Source: Myxococcales bacterium (GTDB lineage Bacteria > UBA10199 > 2-02-FULL-44-16 > JAAZCA01). From it: a stretch of DNA of 64,000 nucleotides. Every line of letters begins with the position of its first letter. Positions within the stretch are counted from its first letter, which is position 1. Below the pieces are notes generated by a model that was not told where the DNA came from, searched no databases, and worked only from the letters and a program-made list of their open reading frames with translations. The stretch covers positions 19,905 through 83,904 of the forward strand of contig JAAZCA010000031.1 in NCBI GenBank assembly GCA_012513515.1, written 5' to 3'. The position numbers and the translations under genes were made by a program. Shown piece after piece: positions 20,085 through 29,890 of the stretch.

Positions 20085-21947
20085 ATGAGCAAGCCTCCCC
20101 TGCGAGCTTTGTCGATTTTATTGGCGATAGCAACAATTCCGCTGGCGTCGTGTTCATCCACTTATATGAAGAGTGCGGATGGAGCCCATCGCGCCATGTA
20201 TCGTGGCGATTATAAGCGTGCGATCAATCTGATAAATGCCGTAAAACCCGCACAGAAAGATGCGCTCCTTCACCTGATGGACAAGGGGATGATCCTGCAC
20301 GCTGCCGGACACTACGAAGAGAGCAATAAGGTTCTTTTCGAAGCGGAGGATCTTGCAAAAGGGATACGTTCCAAGAGCCTTTCGCGCGAGGTTGGGGCTA
20401 CGCTTGGCAGCGAAGAGGCGACCGAATACTCCGGCGACAATCATGAAGTCGTGATGATTGCCGTCACGAGGATGCTCAACTTCCTAATGCTTGACGATTG
20501 GAATTCAGCTCTCGTGGAAGTGAGAAGGGTTGGAAATATCGCTGCGGATTATTACGGTTCTTCAAAAAATTTCGACAACGCCTTTGCGATATATCTCTCG
20601 GCTGTTATATGGGAAACGCTGGGACACTTAAATGACGCCTACATAGATTATAAAAGACTGGCGTCGCTCAATAAAAATATCCCCTATTATTCAAGCGATC
20701 TGAAAAGTTCCGCGAAGAGGCTCGGTCTTTCAGCCAATCTACCGCAAAAGCTTTCCACTCCATTGGAAACGCCTGAAAATTACAGATCGCACGGAGCTGG
20801 CGAGCTCATAGTGATACTGCAGAGCGGGCGTTCACCGAAATTCGTATCTGAATACGTATCCGATGGGCTGATCACTATGGCAGTTCCAATAGCGTTTGTA
20901 TGGCCTGACTCGCCTGCGATGGCAGATGTCATCGTAGATGGAAAAAGCATCGGCGGAACTTATCCATTCTACAATGTGTCCGACGATGTGATGCGCGCAA
21001 TGAAAAGCCGTCAGAAGCGCACGCTGGTCAGAAAAATTATCAAAAGCTCTGTGCAGACCGGCCTTTATGGGGCGAGCTATAACCTGATGAAATCTGATGA
21101 TTCGGCAGAACAGGGGCTCGGCCTCGCGCTTGGAATCGCCGGGCTTTTGATGTCGGCATCCGAAAAGGCGGATGAAAGGAGCTGGCGCACCCTTCCAGCC
21201 CACTATGAAATAGGAAGGTTCTATCTGAAGCCGGGAAAGAGTGAAGTCTCGGTAGTCTCCAGATCCGGGGCTAAAATAGTTTCAAAAGATGTTGAGATCT
21301 CCAAGGAGAAACCCGTCCTTATCCTTGCCCACGTCCCTTGGGACGGAATCGATACGCCAAAGAGGTATGCTGCTAAGCAGAGTGAACAAAAAAATATCTC
21401 CGAAAAGGAGAGGACCATCTCAAAGGAGATCAGGAAAAGACCCTCTGATGGAAATCTAAAAATAGATTTGGCGGAGGCAAAAATAGAGAACGGGGATTAC
21501 GACATCGAAAAGCTGCTTTTGGATGGAATTTCGCAGGGAGGAGATAATATCCGCGGATATTCACTTCTTACCGTATCACTAGCTGTAAAAGGGGATTATA
21601 TTCCGGCATCCAAAACCGCGCAAAAAGCAGGGCTAACATCCTATGCAGACGCACTCGCCTACGCCGGCGGTGAAAAGAGCTCCGCCCCAAAATCATCGTA
21701 CTCTCCTTCGGAGGGGAGGGTCAAAGGCTTTTCAAGTTTTACGCACGGGCTCGTTGCTGAAAAAGACGGAAATCATAAGGAGGCCTGCCGACTCTTTTTA
21801 AAATCATACGAGGATGGTTTAAAAGGCAAGCCGGTTATCAAAAAGACGCTTGCCGCCCTCGGCGCCTCCGGGGATGATTTCAAGAAATCTGCTGAAGGCA
21901 GGGCCATAGCCGACAAGTTCATCGATGAATATCTCGAGATGTACTAG
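20085..21947 (+). CDS. COG3014-family TPR lipoprotein with long C-terminal extension
   Basis: Lipobox LASC; DKGMILHAAGHYEESN, YSGDNHE, NSALVEVRR, EKADERSWRTLP; usual neighbour of LpoB. Confidence 0.8.
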   Translation: MSKPPLRALSILLAIATIPLASCSSTYMKSADGAHRAMYRGDYKRAINLINAVKPAQKDALLHLMDKGMILHAAGHYEESNKVLFEAEDLAKGIRSKSLSREVGATLGSEEATEYSGDNHEVVMIAVTRMLNFLMLDDWNSALVEVRRVGNIAADYYGSSKNFDNAFAIYLSAVIWETLGHLNDAYIDYKRLASLNKNIPYYSSDLKSSAKRLGLSANLPQKLSTPLETPENYRSHGAGELIVILQSGRSPKFVSEYVSDGLITMAVPIAFVWPDSPAMADVIVDGKSIGGTYPFYNVSDDVMRAMKSRQKRTLVRKIIKSSVQTGLYGASYNLMKSDDSAEQGLGLALGIAGLLMSASEKADERSWRTLPAHYEIGRFYLKPGKSEVSVVSRSGAKIVSKDVEISKEKPVLILAHVPWDGIDTPKRYAAKQSEQKNISEKERTISKEIRKRPSDGNLKIDLAEAKIENGDYDIEKLLLDGISQGGDNIRGYSLLTVSLAVKGDYIPASKTAQKAGLTSYADALAYAGGEKSSAPKSSYSPSEGRVKGFSSFTHGLVAEKDGNHKEACRLFLKSYEDGLKGKPVIKKTLAALGASGDDFKKSAEGRAIADKFIDEYLEMY

Positions 21948-22005
21948 CCGCAATATGATCTGACAGTCCGTATTTCCAGCCACAATCCAACCTTGCAACT
22001 GCAGA

Positions 22006-22266
22006 TTAAACATCAAGAAGCTAGAATCTAGAAGTGAGAGGCGATTTCTACAGGCGAGGTTTTTCTAGCTTCTAGCCCCTCGCTTCTGGCCTCTGTTTTT
22101 CTCAGTCACGGTTGTTACGGGATCCCCGATTAAACCGCTCGGGGATGACAACCTTTTCGCCATTCGGGGATGACGACCATACTGTCATTCCCGCATGATT
22201 TAAGCCGCCGCTACCGCGGGGTTCCGACCGCTCACCAGTTACGAGTCACCAGTCACAAGTCACGGC
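22006..22266. repeat. Intergenic mosaic repeat cassette (longest copy)
   Basis: Contains all modules (CTAGAAG heptamers, GGATCCCCGA..TCGGGGATGAC, GTCATTCCCGCATGATTTAAGCCGCCGCTACCGCGGGG, GTCAC heptamers); between convergent genes. Confidence 0.9.
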
Positions 22267-22268
22267 TG

Positions 22269-23720
22269 CTACTGGGCCGCCGCATCGGGCTCTTTTTCTG
22301 AAGTATCGGAAAATTTCTTCCTCATGCTATGAATGTAATCGGTACCTCTGCGGTAGAGCTTTTCGTATTTCTCATTCCATACCGGTTCTGTGAGTTTTGC
22401 ATATTCCCTTGAGAATTGGTCGATATTTTCCTTCAGCTCCTTTGCGATCTTGTCTGCGGTTGCGTAAGAGAGCTTCGCGCCAGATTCTGCTATCGCTTCG
22501 CGCCAGCATTCCGGCACATCTATGATCATGCAGGGACGAAGGAGATTGTCGCTATACGGCTGCCTTCTTCTTATCGCCCTGAAGAGTTTCGAATCTCGAA
22601 GTATCTCGAGAAGTGAGCTGTCGTATACGTTCATATCGGAAGCTTGAGCAAATACACATGGCTCAGCATCCCCCTTATTATTGACGTGAAGGTAGCGCCT
22701 GCCGCCGGCGAGACAACCCCCTACCAGAGGGCCATCGCACCAGAAATCAGCCAGAATGATCGACTTCTCTCGCCTAAGCTGCAAAATACGTTCGAACCTG
22801 AGCATCCTTTGCTCAGGGGTTGGGACGAGTTCAAAGGCTGGCTCACGCCCTATAGGCATATACTGAAAGTAATAACCGACGTCGCATCCAAGATTCGAAT
22901 AGTAATCGACTAGCTCATCTGAAAGCAGCATATCGTTGTTCTCACGAGTCGCTGTTCCTGAGAAACCAAATGGCACGCCAGCGGCCTTCAATTTTGCCAT
23001 AGCCTTTTCGACCCTTTTGAAATGCCCCTTGCCGCGACGCCTGTCTGTCTGCTCCTCGAACCCCTCTATGCTTATGCAAGGAAGGACGTTGCCGAGCCTC
23101 GCAATTTTTTCGACGTGATCCTTCTCTGCGAGCGTTACTCCGCTGGTGTAGGTCTGAAAGTAAGCATCGCTGTGCTTCTCGAATATTTCGAAAATCCTGT
23201 CGTATATGTAGGGCTCGCCGCCGCTTATAACGAAGAAGTAGATTCCCATCTCCTTGGCCTGTGTGATCAACCTGTCGAAGGCCTCAAAGCTCAGGTCGGA
23301 ATCTTTTGAATGTTCGGCAGCATAGCAGCCATAGCAGCGCAAAGGACAGCGCTGAGTCGGGCTGACCACAAGAAGAACGGGGATATCGAAGCCGAGGGCA
23401 TCACGAATGGCATTTCTCTTTTTCTGCCCGGCTACGCCTTCGTTTATGATCATGTTCTCGATTATGGCGCGTTTGCAATTTGAATTAGCCCTTTTGAAGA
23501 CCTTGCGCAGCGTGCAAAAAATTTTCTCGATGAACTCCTGACCGGCCGGGTAGTTGTTCTCGCCGCAGAGTTTTTTCATCGTGTTTATGACCGTCTTTTC
23601 GGGAATATATGGAAGGACTTTAAAAAGCCCCTTCACAATCGGCTTCGTGAAAGCCAGCCTAACCCTCGTTGAAGTCGGGATCGTATAATGCATCGTGCGC
23701 TCCTTTTCAATTGCGTTCAA
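22269..23720 (-). CDS. Radical SAM protein with SPASM/Twitch domain
   Basis: CPLRCYGC, ISGGEPY, GCLAGGRRYLHVNNKGDAEPCVF, RPCMIID. Confidence 0.9.
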   Translation of the reverse strand: MNAIEKERTMHYTIPTSTRVRLAFTKPIVKGLFKVLPYIPEKTVINTMKKLCGENNYPAGQEFIEKIFCTLRKVFKRANSNCKRAIIENMIINEGVAGQKKRNAIRDALGFDIPVLLVVSPTQRCPLRCYGCYAAEHSKDSDLSFEAFDRLITQAKEMGIYFFVISGGEPYIYDRIFEIFEKHSDAYFQTYTSGVTLAEKDHVEKIARLGNVLPCISIEGFEEQTDRRRGKGHFKRVEKAMAKLKAAGVPFGFSGTATRENNDMLLSDELVDYYSNLGCDVGYYFQYMPIGREPAFELVPTPEQRMLRFERILQLRREKSIILADFWCDGPLVGGCLAGGRRYLHVNNKGDAEPCVFAQASDMNVYDSSLLEILRDSKLFRAIRRRQPYSDNLLRPCMIIDVPECWREAIAESGAKLSYATADKIAKELKENIDQFSREYAKLTEPVWNEKYEKLYRRGTDYIHSMRKKFSDTSEKEPDAAAQ

Positions 23721-23890
23721 TCGGTTCTAAACGTTACAAACATCTGTTATATAAAGGGAAAATACCCGCGCCTTACTGCAACTTTTATCCCCATTTTTCA
23801 AGCTTTATATTTATAAAATGTGTAACTTCCCCCTCTTCCGGAGAGAGGGGTGGTGTGCGTTCCCCCAAAAAAACATTATAAATTAACTGG

Positions 23891-24133
23891 TTATTTGTGT
23901 AGACAAGAAGAATTGGGGAGAGGAGCGGTATCTCTCCCCCGAGAGAAGAGGATCGAGGCAGTGTAAAAAATCCCTCCGCGCGAGACCTTGCCGCCGGGCA
24001 TCGGAGTCATTATGTATTTTATGTCCATGACCTCGAAACCCGCGCAGTCTGGATGTTCGAGCGCGGCGTTGATCCGTTCCTCCAAATCGTACGGACTGGT
24101 CGCTTCGACAACCTTGACCTTATACTGAGACAT
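23891..24133 (-). CDS. Small protein, Cse60/DUF2758-like
   Basis: KVKVVE...DLEERINAAL...VMDIKY pattern. Confidence 0.55.
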   Translation of the reverse strand: MSQYKVKVVEATSPYDLEERINAALEHPDCAGFEVMDIKYIMTPMPGGKVSRGGIFYTASILFSRGRDTAPLPNSSCLHK

Positions 24134-24154
24134 CCAACCTCCGACTGGCAGAAA

Positions 24155-25435
24155 CTACCTGCCGATCCGTTCTATTCCATCCATGTAGGGAAGGAGGGGC
24201 TTGGGGATGAGCACGCTGCCATCCTCCTGCTGATAGTTTTCCAATATGGATATGATAGCGCGGCTTACCGCGATGGCGGTCCCATTTAACATATGCACAA
24301 AGAAAGTTTTTTTATCGGCCTCCCTTTTAAAGCGCACTTTCAGGCGACGAGCCTGATAGTCGGTGCAGTTCGATGTGGATGTCACTTCCCCCCATTCGCC
24401 GGATTCGCCACGCCCCGGCATCCACGCCTCGAGGTCGTATTTCCTGTAGGCGGGCCCTCCTAGGTCTCCGGTGCATATATCCAGAACGCGGTACGGGATA
24501 CCGAGTCCCTGAAAAATTTTTTCCTCGAGGCCTACGAACTCTTCGTGCATCTCCTCAGAGCTCTCCGGAGTGGTGAAGGCGAACATCTCTATCTTTGTAA
24601 ACTGGTGAACGCGGTAAAGCCCCTTCGATTCGCGCCCCGCTGCACCCGCTTCCGTTCTGAAGCAGTGCGAAACGCCGACGTATTTTTTCGGAAGTTCGGA
24701 CTCGGAAAGAACCGTATCCGAAAGCATCCCGCCAAGAGTTATCTCGGCGGTGGCAATCAGGCAAAGGTCGCTGTTCTCCACGGAATAAATCTGAGTCTCC
24801 TCGCCCCTGGGATTGAAACCTATTCCGTCAAGTATCGAAGCCCTCGCAAGATCCGGCGTCATGATTGGAACAAATCCTTTGCGCCGCAGGATCGAAAGTG
24901 CGTAAGCGATAAGCGCGTTCTCCAGAAGCACCGCCTCGTTTTTCAGATAGTAGAACTTCTGACCGGCGACCTTCGCACCAGATTCAAAATCTATCAGATC
25001 GAGCTTCTCGCCGAGCTGAACATGGTCGAGCGGCTTGAATGAAAATTTTGCCGGTTCACCCCACCGCCGTATTTCGCGGTTGCCCTCCTCCCCGGCCGCA
25101 ACAGGGGCAGATGGATGCGTCATATTTGGAATTTCCCGCACGAGAAGATCCAGCTCCTTCTCGACTTCGGCCAGCTCTGCGTCTGCATCTACAGCGCGCT
25201 GCTTTAATTCCTTGCCCTTTTCGATGAGTGCCGTTTTTTCCTGATCGGAGAGTTTGGCTTTCATCGACTTGGCGTTTTCATTCTGTTCGCGCCTGATCTC
25301 CTCCGCACCCTGAATCAGAGTTCTGCGTTTTTCATCTAGGGAAGTAAATCGGGCGAGATCGACACGAACATTTCTGTCGGCGCAGTTCTTGCGCACGGCA
25401 TCGAGATTTTCTCTTATAAATTTCAGATCGAGCAT
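24155..25435 (-). CDS. serS: Serine--tRNA ligase
   Basis: MLDLKFIREN, LIATAE, CFRTEAG, GLYRVHQFTKIE, HMLNGTAIA. Confidence 0.98.
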   Translation of the reverse strand: MLDLKFIRENLDAVRKNCADRNVRVDLARFTSLDEKRRTLIQGAEEIRREQNENAKSMKAKLSDQEKTALIEKGKELKQRAVDADAELAEVEKELDLLVREIPNMTHPSAPVAAGEEGNREIRRWGEPAKFSFKPLDHVQLGEKLDLIDFESGAKVAGQKFYYLKNEAVLLENALIAYALSILRRKGFVPIMTPDLARASILDGIGFNPRGEETQIYSVENSDLCLIATAEITLGGMLSDTVLSESELPKKYVGVSHCFRTEAGAAGRESKGLYRVHQFTKIEMFAFTTPESSEEMHEEFVGLEEKIFQGLGIPYRVLDICTGDLGGPAYRKYDLEAWMPGRGESGEWGEVTSTSNCTDYQARRLKVRFKREADKKTFFVHMLNGTAIAVSRAIISILENYQQEDGSVLIPKPLLPYMDGIERIGR

Positions 25436-25458
25436 ATTTCACCAGCCAGTCCTGTGGT

Positions 25459-26481
25459 CTATCTGTTGAGCTCGCCCTCTATGACTTCTATGAACGACTG
25501 GGCGGGCTGCGCTCCGGAGAGCATGATTCCGTTAATAAAGAAAGCGGGCGTTCCAGTGACTCCGGCATCAACTCCCTTTCGGATACCTTCATCGACGAGG
25601 CTGGCGTACTTTCCACCATCGAGGCACTGGTCGAACTTCTTGCTGTCCAGTTTCAAATCCTTGGCGTATTTCTTCAAAGCAGGAATCTCGAGGCTGTTCT
25701 GATTGTCGAAGACCTTCTGGTTGTAATCGTAGTACTTGCCCTGATCGCCAGCGCATCTAGCCGCTTCGTGTGCCTTCTTGGCCTGGCGGTGAAAAGAAAG
25801 CGGAAAGTCCACAAAGACGTATTTCACTTTCCCCTTGTAATCCTCCATCAGCTTCCAGATGGTCGGACGAACCCTCTTGCAAAAGGGGCACTGGTAATCA
25901 GAAAATTCCACGATGCTGATCTCGGCCCCCTTGTTACCAAACACCGGAAGGTCCGCTGTATCGATATTCATTCTGGGGGGGGATAGGTGGATTTTGACTT
26001 CCGAGGCCTGACGCAAACGCGAGATCATATCCCTGCGTGCCACCGACCTCTTGGTCTGTTCCAGGTGGGCCCTGACCCTATCCTTCACTTCTTCAAAAGT
26101 CTGCTTTCCATCTTCCTTCCTGGCTTCGTAGAAGGCCTTCATCTCGGCCTCCGTAGGCGGAGTCAATTTCGCCTCAATCTCGGATGCCAAAAAATCCCCA
26201 ACCTTCATCCCCTTGGCCTTTGCCGCTTGGGCTATGAGTTTCTCTTCAAGCATGTCATTGAGCACTCTTTTCTTGATCTGATATACCTGAGTCGCGACCT
26301 TCTGAAGCTGGCTTTTTGCAGCCTCGTCAAGCTCCGCCATTGTGATGACTTCGCCGCCCACAACCGCGGCATCGCCGGACTCGGGGGCAGCGCCGGTTGG
26401 CGATGGCGATGGCGACGAACATGAAACCATAGTTACAGCCAAGAACAATGAAACAAAACCTGCCACATTACGCTTCATCAA
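25459..26481 (-). CDS. DsbA-family thioredoxin lipoprotein with N-terminal SurA-like helical region
   Basis: Lipobox MVSC; EFSDYQCPFC; GVTGTPAFFING. Confidence 0.9.
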   Translation of the reverse strand: MMKRNVAGFVSLFLAVTMVSCSSPSPSPTGAAPESGDAAVVGGEVITMAELDEAAKSQLQKVATQVYQIKKRVLNDMLEEKLIAQAAKAKGMKVGDFLASEIEAKLTPPTEAEMKAFYEARKEDGKQTFEEVKDRVRAHLEQTKRSVARRDMISRLRQASEVKIHLSPPRMNIDTADLPVFGNKGAEISIVEFSDYQCPFCKRVRPTIWKLMEDYKGKVKYVFVDFPLSFHRQAKKAHEAARCAGDQGKYYDYNQKVFDNQNSLEIPALKKYAKDLKLDSKKFDQCLDGGKYASLVDEGIRKGVDAGVTGTPAFFINGIMLSGAQPAQSFIEVIEGELNR

Positions 26482-26776
26482 CTCCCCCTTTTCCCTGTAT
26501 CTAAAATTTTGCCGAAGGCTCGCAACAGGCGCATCTTCGGATATCGCTTCCCCCTTTTAAGGCGTGAAATCTATATCACAGCGATTCCCCGTGCAATGGA
26601 AAATCTGGCCTGTTTTATTGCTTTTCGGACGAACCTTTGCGGCATATAAGTAAGCTCCGACAGGGATTTTAAAGGCAGCCGACATCGCAAGGCTCTGAAC
26701 TCGGCAATTGTTGCCCTGAAGGAAAATTTCTCCAAAACAGCGGCGATAAAACTTTAAAGGGTCACACAAAAAGCTC

Positions 26777-26803
26777 GCAACATTTTTTGGACTCCGACGA
26801 TAA
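26777..26803 (+). promoter_or_regulatory. Putative alternative-sigma promoter GCAAC-N14-GACGATAA
   Basis: GCAA cattttttggactcc GACGATAA, 41 nt upstream of the S8 protease start. Confidence 0.6.
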
Positions 26804-26844
26804 GTAGTATGTGAGGGTGTTGTAAGGGGGTTAGGGGGTAATAA

Positions 26845-28986
26845 GTGAAAGTTCTGAAGCTCTTTCTCTGCGTATTGTGCTCCATCCAAGTCGCGCTGGC
26901 ATCGGCATCTGCTCTGGCCAATCCAAAAATAGATTCCTTTATAAAGACCTCCAAACTCCGCAAGAGCGCGGTTTCATACAAGGCGCTTTCCATGAAAGCC
27001 TCTGTAAAATCTGAAGATTCCGAAATGGTGGAAGTCTTTATAAAGAGCTCCGATCCGGAGTCGACAAAGTCAAAAATTAAAAGGGCCCAGGGGTGGGTAC
27101 ACACCTCAACCGATTCGGTGATCACGGCTTCTATCGCCAGCGACTCGCTGGAGTCGATCGCCGAATCGGAGGAGGTACAGTTCATTGAAGGCGGCAAGCC
27201 AATCGGAAAGAGCAATGACAAGGCAGCAATTGAAATCAACGCTGGAGAGGTCAGCAAAAGTCTGAATCTTCCCGAAGGCTATACCGGAGAGGGAGTGATC
27301 ATCGGAATCATCGACACCGGGATCGACTATTCCCACGCCGATTTTAAAGACGCCGAAGGGCGCAGCCGCATCATATCGATCTGGAATCAGATGCACTCCG
27401 GCGGAAAATCTCCCAGCGAAATCGAAAACAGCTTTGGAACGGAATGTGATTCCGATTCGATAGCTGACGGAAGCTGTCCCCTCGCGGATTCCGATGGACA
27501 TGGAACCCATGTCGCCGCCACCGCGGCAGGAAGCGACGAGACCTACAGGGGAATTGCTCCCGACGCCAACATAATAGTTGTCAGCTACGACTCCAGCGTT
27601 TCGATGGACACGGGATATGCCAAGCCGATCTTTTCAACAAAAATCTGCCAGGCCGCTTATTACATCTTCAAAAAAGCCGACTCGTTAGGCATGCCGGCCG
27701 TAATCAACTTGAGCCTTGGGACCCACATCGGGTCGCACGACGGGTCATCACTTTTCGAATCATGCCTCAGCGAATTGCTGAAAGACTCCGCGGGTCGCGC
27801 AATAGTTGCGGCCGCCGGAAATGAATACACCGAAGGCAAAAACGGATTCACAGGAATACACGTCGGAGGCGAGATAAGCGAAACGACTGCCTCGAACTTC
27901 GTCATAAGAAGAATAACATCCGACAGGATATATTACATAGACCTATGGGGATCGAAGGGAAGCGATCTCTCAGTTGGCCTCGCATTTCACAATGGACGCG
28001 CAGGAGGAACGCCTGAAAAATTTTCGGGCCTCGTTGAAATGGGGGCGAGTTCAAGCGGATCGTTTCTCGACGGAAAGATAAATTATGTTATCAATTTCAC
28101 CGAAGAATCGTCAGCCTTAAATGGCAAGCCGCATGCCGGCATAAGGATAATGGTCGATCCATCGCTAAACGATATTTCCCGGCACAGCTTCGATCTCGTA
28201 GTCTCAGGAAACGGGTCTTACGATGCATGGCTCTTTCCGGACAAGCCGTCAGAGACGATACAATTTACAGATTTTCAGGGCGGCGCCAACACATGGAATT
28301 ACGTGCCGGGGGACAGCATGAAGAGCATAGCGATGCCCGCCACATCCCCTGAAGTTATCGCCGTAGCCGGATACACAACGCGCAACAGCTGGAACAGAGG
28401 CTCCGGATGCTGCGAAGTAGCCTTCAATCTCGGAGCCATACTCGATTTCTCGAGTTCAGGCCCCAGCGCGGATCCTTCAGCTACAGGCCAGAAGCCAGAA
28501 ATAGCAGCGCCGGGCGGAATGATAGCCTCCGCGCTATCCTCGACGGCGACTCACAATAGCCTGATGATCATGCCCGATGGCAAACATGCTCTCCAGGCCG
28601 GCACCAGCATGGCGGCCCCATTTGTGACGGGGACAATCGCTCTGATGTTCTCAGCCGATTCCAACTACACCCACGATGACGTAAAAAAATACATAGTCGA
28701 AAGCGCCTACGTCGATGAAGACGTTGGCGAAGCTCCCAACAACAGATGGGGTTTTGGAAAACTCGACGTGCTGGCCGCACTCGAAACAGCGATCAACGGA
28801 GGTTCATCCGGCCGCTTCGACGGGAATCAAAGCCTCAGCGAACCTGAAGGCGCAGGCGCTTCCGGAGGAAGCCTTGGTTGCACGCTCTCCTCGGAGGTGA
28901 GCGGATCCGACAAAAAGATAGTCTTGGCAGGAATGTTCTTCATCGCAGCGGCCCTGATAGCGGCGAGAAGGCGTTCGATGAGATAG
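26845..28986 (+). CDS. S8 (subtilisin-like) serine protease with C-terminal Cys-TM-basic sorting tail (MYXO-CTERM-like)
   Basis: GIIDTG, DGHGTHVA, AAAGNE, GTSMAAP; tail GGSLGC...IVLAGMFFIAAALIAARRR. Confidence 0.92.
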   Translation: MKVLKLFLCVLCSIQVALASASALANPKIDSFIKTSKLRKSAVSYKALSMKASVKSEDSEMVEVFIKSSDPESTKSKIKRAQGWVHTSTDSVITASIASDSLESIAESEEVQFIEGGKPIGKSNDKAAIEINAGEVSKSLNLPEGYTGEGVIIGIIDTGIDYSHADFKDAEGRSRIISIWNQMHSGGKSPSEIENSFGTECDSDSIADGSCPLADSDGHGTHVAATAAGSDETYRGIAPDANIIVVSYDSSVSMDTGYAKPIFSTKICQAAYYIFKKADSLGMPAVINLSLGTHIGSHDGSSLFESCLSELLKDSAGRAIVAAAGNEYTEGKNGFTGIHVGGEISETTASNFVIRRITSDRIYYIDLWGSKGSDLSVGLAFHNGRAGGTPEKFSGLVEMGASSSGSFLDGKINYVINFTEESSALNGKPHAGIRIMVDPSLNDISRHSFDLVVSGNGSYDAWLFPDKPSETIQFTDFQGGANTWNYVPGDSMKSIAMPATSPEVIAVAGYTTRNSWNRGSGCCEVAFNLGAILDFSSSGPSADPSATGQKPEIAAPGGMIASALSSTATHNSLMIMPDGKHALQAGTSMAAPFVTGTIALMFSADSNYTHDDVKKYIVESAYVDEDVGEAPNNRWGFGKLDVLAALETAINGGSSGRFDGNQSLSEPEGAGASGGSLGCTLSSEVSGSDKKIVLAGMFFIAAALIAARRRSMR

Positions 28987-29037
28987 AAGGGGAAGAAGAT
29001 CCGCTATTTGCGATGGACGATTGAAAATTTTATATAG

Positions 29038-29097
29038 ACCCGGCTTGACCGCTCGGCACCCCTCCCCCATGCCTTTGAGCCCAAGCCGGGTTTTTTG
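29038..29097 (+). terminator. Probable terminator after the S8 protease
   Basis: ACCCGGCTTG...CAAGCCGGGT stem followed by a T tract; the loop is unusually large. Confidence 0.55.
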
Positions 29098-29428
29098 TTG
29101 CCTGAATGCAAAATTACGCCGAGTTCCAGATCGAGCATCTCCGGTAGAGCCCTTCGAGCTTTTTAGGCGCTTGCTGAACGATGGGATTGAAAGGGGGATC
29201 GAAAGAGGGATCGCTTGAGTTAAAATGGGAATCCTAAAGAGTAACCGCGGAAAAAACAGGAACAGGATCTTCTCCCGTGTCAGATCGCCTGATTACCGCT
29301 TTCTCAGGTGAGAATCCTGACCGCTGCTTTTTCATGGGGGATCGTCAATACATCGCGACAGAGAATGTCGAGTTGACAGGTGAGAGCATTTCCACTAATC
29401 AGCCGGAGCTTTCGGAATCTGCATCGAT

Positions 29429-29504
29429 CGGGGTGTAGCTCAGCTTGGCTTAGAGCGCACGGTTCGGGTCCGTGAGGCCGGAGGTTCGAATCCTCTCACC
29501 CCGA
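29429..29504 (+). tRNA. tRNA-Pro (anticodon CGG)
   Basis: CGGGGTG/CACCCCG acceptor, CACGG-TTCGGGT-CCGTG anticodon arm, GGTTCGAATCC T arm; TTGACA at 29373. Confidence 0.95.
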
Positions 29505-29519
29505 CAAGAACAAACATAG

Positions 29520-29550
29520 AAGGGCTGGCGTTTTGCGCCGGCCCTTTTTC
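29520..29550 (+). terminator. Rho-independent terminator after tRNA-Pro
   Basis: AGGGCTGGCG-TTTTG-CGCCGGCCCT-TTTT. Confidence 0.75.
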
Positions 29551-29632
29551 ATGTCCGTTCAACAAATCCGCAAAATCAAACGAGCCCTCCCTGTGAGCCT
29601 CATGACCAAAGGAATTTTTAATCCCTTCCAGG

Positions 29633-29890
29633 CTATGATCTCTGCCCGCGCAAAAGGGAAAGCTTTTTATGTCGTTTGAATTTTTTAATTTCGGCCTCGC
29701 GCACCATAGCAGCAGATTTGTTCTGCGCCGACTCTACGTGAAGGAGGCGGGCGAAGCCCCTCGCCCTTACATACTTCGCTCCGCGCCCCGCGGCGTGCAT
29801 CGCGATCCTGCGCTCTATGTCGTTGGTAGCTCCGGTGTAGAGAGTGCCATCGCGACACTCAAGAATATATACCGACCAGGTTTTTTTCAT
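29633..29890 (-). CDS. GIY-YIG nuclease family protein (UPF0213/YhbQ type)
   Basis: VYILECRDGTLYTGATNDIERRIAMH..GRGAKY. Confidence 0.92.
   Translation of the reverse strand: MKKTWSVYILECRDGTLYTGATNDIERRIAMHAAGRGAKYVRARGFARLLHVESAQNKSAAMVREAEIKKFKRHKKLSLLRGQRS

Noticed and set aside
29046-29068. tRNA-like 5' fragment on the minus strand (GGAGGGGTGCCGAGCGGTCAA)
   Set aside because: No anticodon or T arm follows; it lies in the loop of a probable terminator and may be chance.
29633-29890. GIY-YIG nuclease as mobiliser of the palindromic repeats
   Set aside because: It looks like the housekeeping UPF0213/YhbQ type, overlaps the upstream gene and is not flanked by the palindromes.
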